A stretch of 64,000 nucleotides of DNA. It comes from Alphaproteobacteria bacterium (lineage in GTDB: Bacteria > Pseudomonadota > Alphaproteobacteria > Rs-D84). Location: NCBI GenBank assembly GCA_015062485.1, contig SUUO01000002.1:19605-83604 (forward strand), written 5' to 3'. Position numbers and translations under genes: made by a program. The notes under the pieces are model-generated. The model worked only from the letters and a program-made list of their open reading frames with translations, made no database searches and was not told the DNA's origin. Shown in pieces: positions 63,686 through 64,000 of this stretch. Position 1 is the stretch's first letter. Each line of letters starts with the position of its first letter.

Positions 63686-64000
63686 ATGACACGACCACTG
63701 GCTGATTTAATGCGCCCCAACACAATCGCAGATGTTGTTGGTCAAACAACATTGCTGGGTGAAAACGGCCTGGTCCGTCGTATGGTAGATAATAAAAAAT
63801 TATCAAATTTAATTTTATGGGGGCCGCCCGGATGCGGAAAAACAACAATCGCACGCGCATTGGCAAATTCGGTCGATATGGATTTTGTACCGATGTCTGC
63901 GGTATTTTCCGGCACGGCGGATATAAAAAAGGCAATGGATGCCGCACGTATGAATCGCGACATTGGTCGCAATACATTGCTGTTTATTGATGAAATTCAT
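63686..64000 (+). CDS. rarA: Replication-associated recombination protein A (AAA+ ATPase), N-terminal fragment
   Basis: MTRPLADLMRPNTIADVVGQTTLLGENGLVRRMVDNKKLSNLILWGPPGCGKTTIARALA...LLFIDEIH. The ORF is open to the window end, so it is absent from the ORF track. Confidence 0.85.
   Translation, partial: MTRPLADLMRPNTIADVVGQTTLLGENGLVRRMVDNKKLSNLILWGPPGCGKTTIARALANSVDMDFVPMSAVFSGTADIKKAMDAARMNRDIGRNTLLFIDEIH

Noticed and set aside
1-64000. Search for CRISPR arrays, IS transposases, integrases, prophage blocks and rRNA genes.
   Set aside because: No regularly spaced direct repeats were seen. No DDE, serine or tyrosine recombinase motifs appeared in any ORF. No rRNA-like sequence was seen. The only mobile-element-like features are the non-coding MITE and the duplicated terminators.

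Overview
The window is a gene-dense, moderately AT-rich chromosomal segment with about 75 protein genes and 2 tRNAs. Gene content suggests a Gram-negative bacterium, probably a reduced or host-associated alphaproteobacterium. The lineage call is an inference from Ros/MucR, an RHH_4-type protein, split tatA/tatBC, LolA, Lnt, AsmA, a SPOR protein and gatCAB. Most genes are housekeeping: dnaN (partial), uvrC, pgsA, dnaJ, parE, dnaA, dprA, plsY, rpsT, sufBC and sufSTE, ruvX, gatCAB, miaB, tatABC, lolA, nrnA, recJ, ftsI, trxA, dksA, thrS, gltX, trmB and rarA (partial). No rRNA, CRISPR array, transposase or integrase was seen. The most interesting signals are listed here. (1) A three-copy family of long structured 5' leaders sits upstream of three surface or secreted protein genes. 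Each has a three-way junction, an alternative hairpin and a terminator, with compensatory base changes between copies. (2) The gatCAB operon is interrupted by three small ORFs, a 426-aa ATP-grasp-like ORF and an antisense tRNA-Phe. Two of the small proteins share a Cys/His C-terminal module ending in KQK. (3) A 1.2-kb cassette carrying a MITE-like element, a leader and a Cys-rich gene is flanked by a 33-nt duplicated terminator. (4) ybeY and lnt are fused in frame. (5) An orphan PilL/TcpQ-like gene and a PilN-like secretin form a pair, with a solitary type IV pilin elsewhere. (6) A four-gene module has HNH-like, SUKH-like and RHH_4 features. (7) A decayed duplicate of the tRNA-Lys locus lies next to the functional gene. 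All functional calls rest on reading motifs in the translations. No database search was run.
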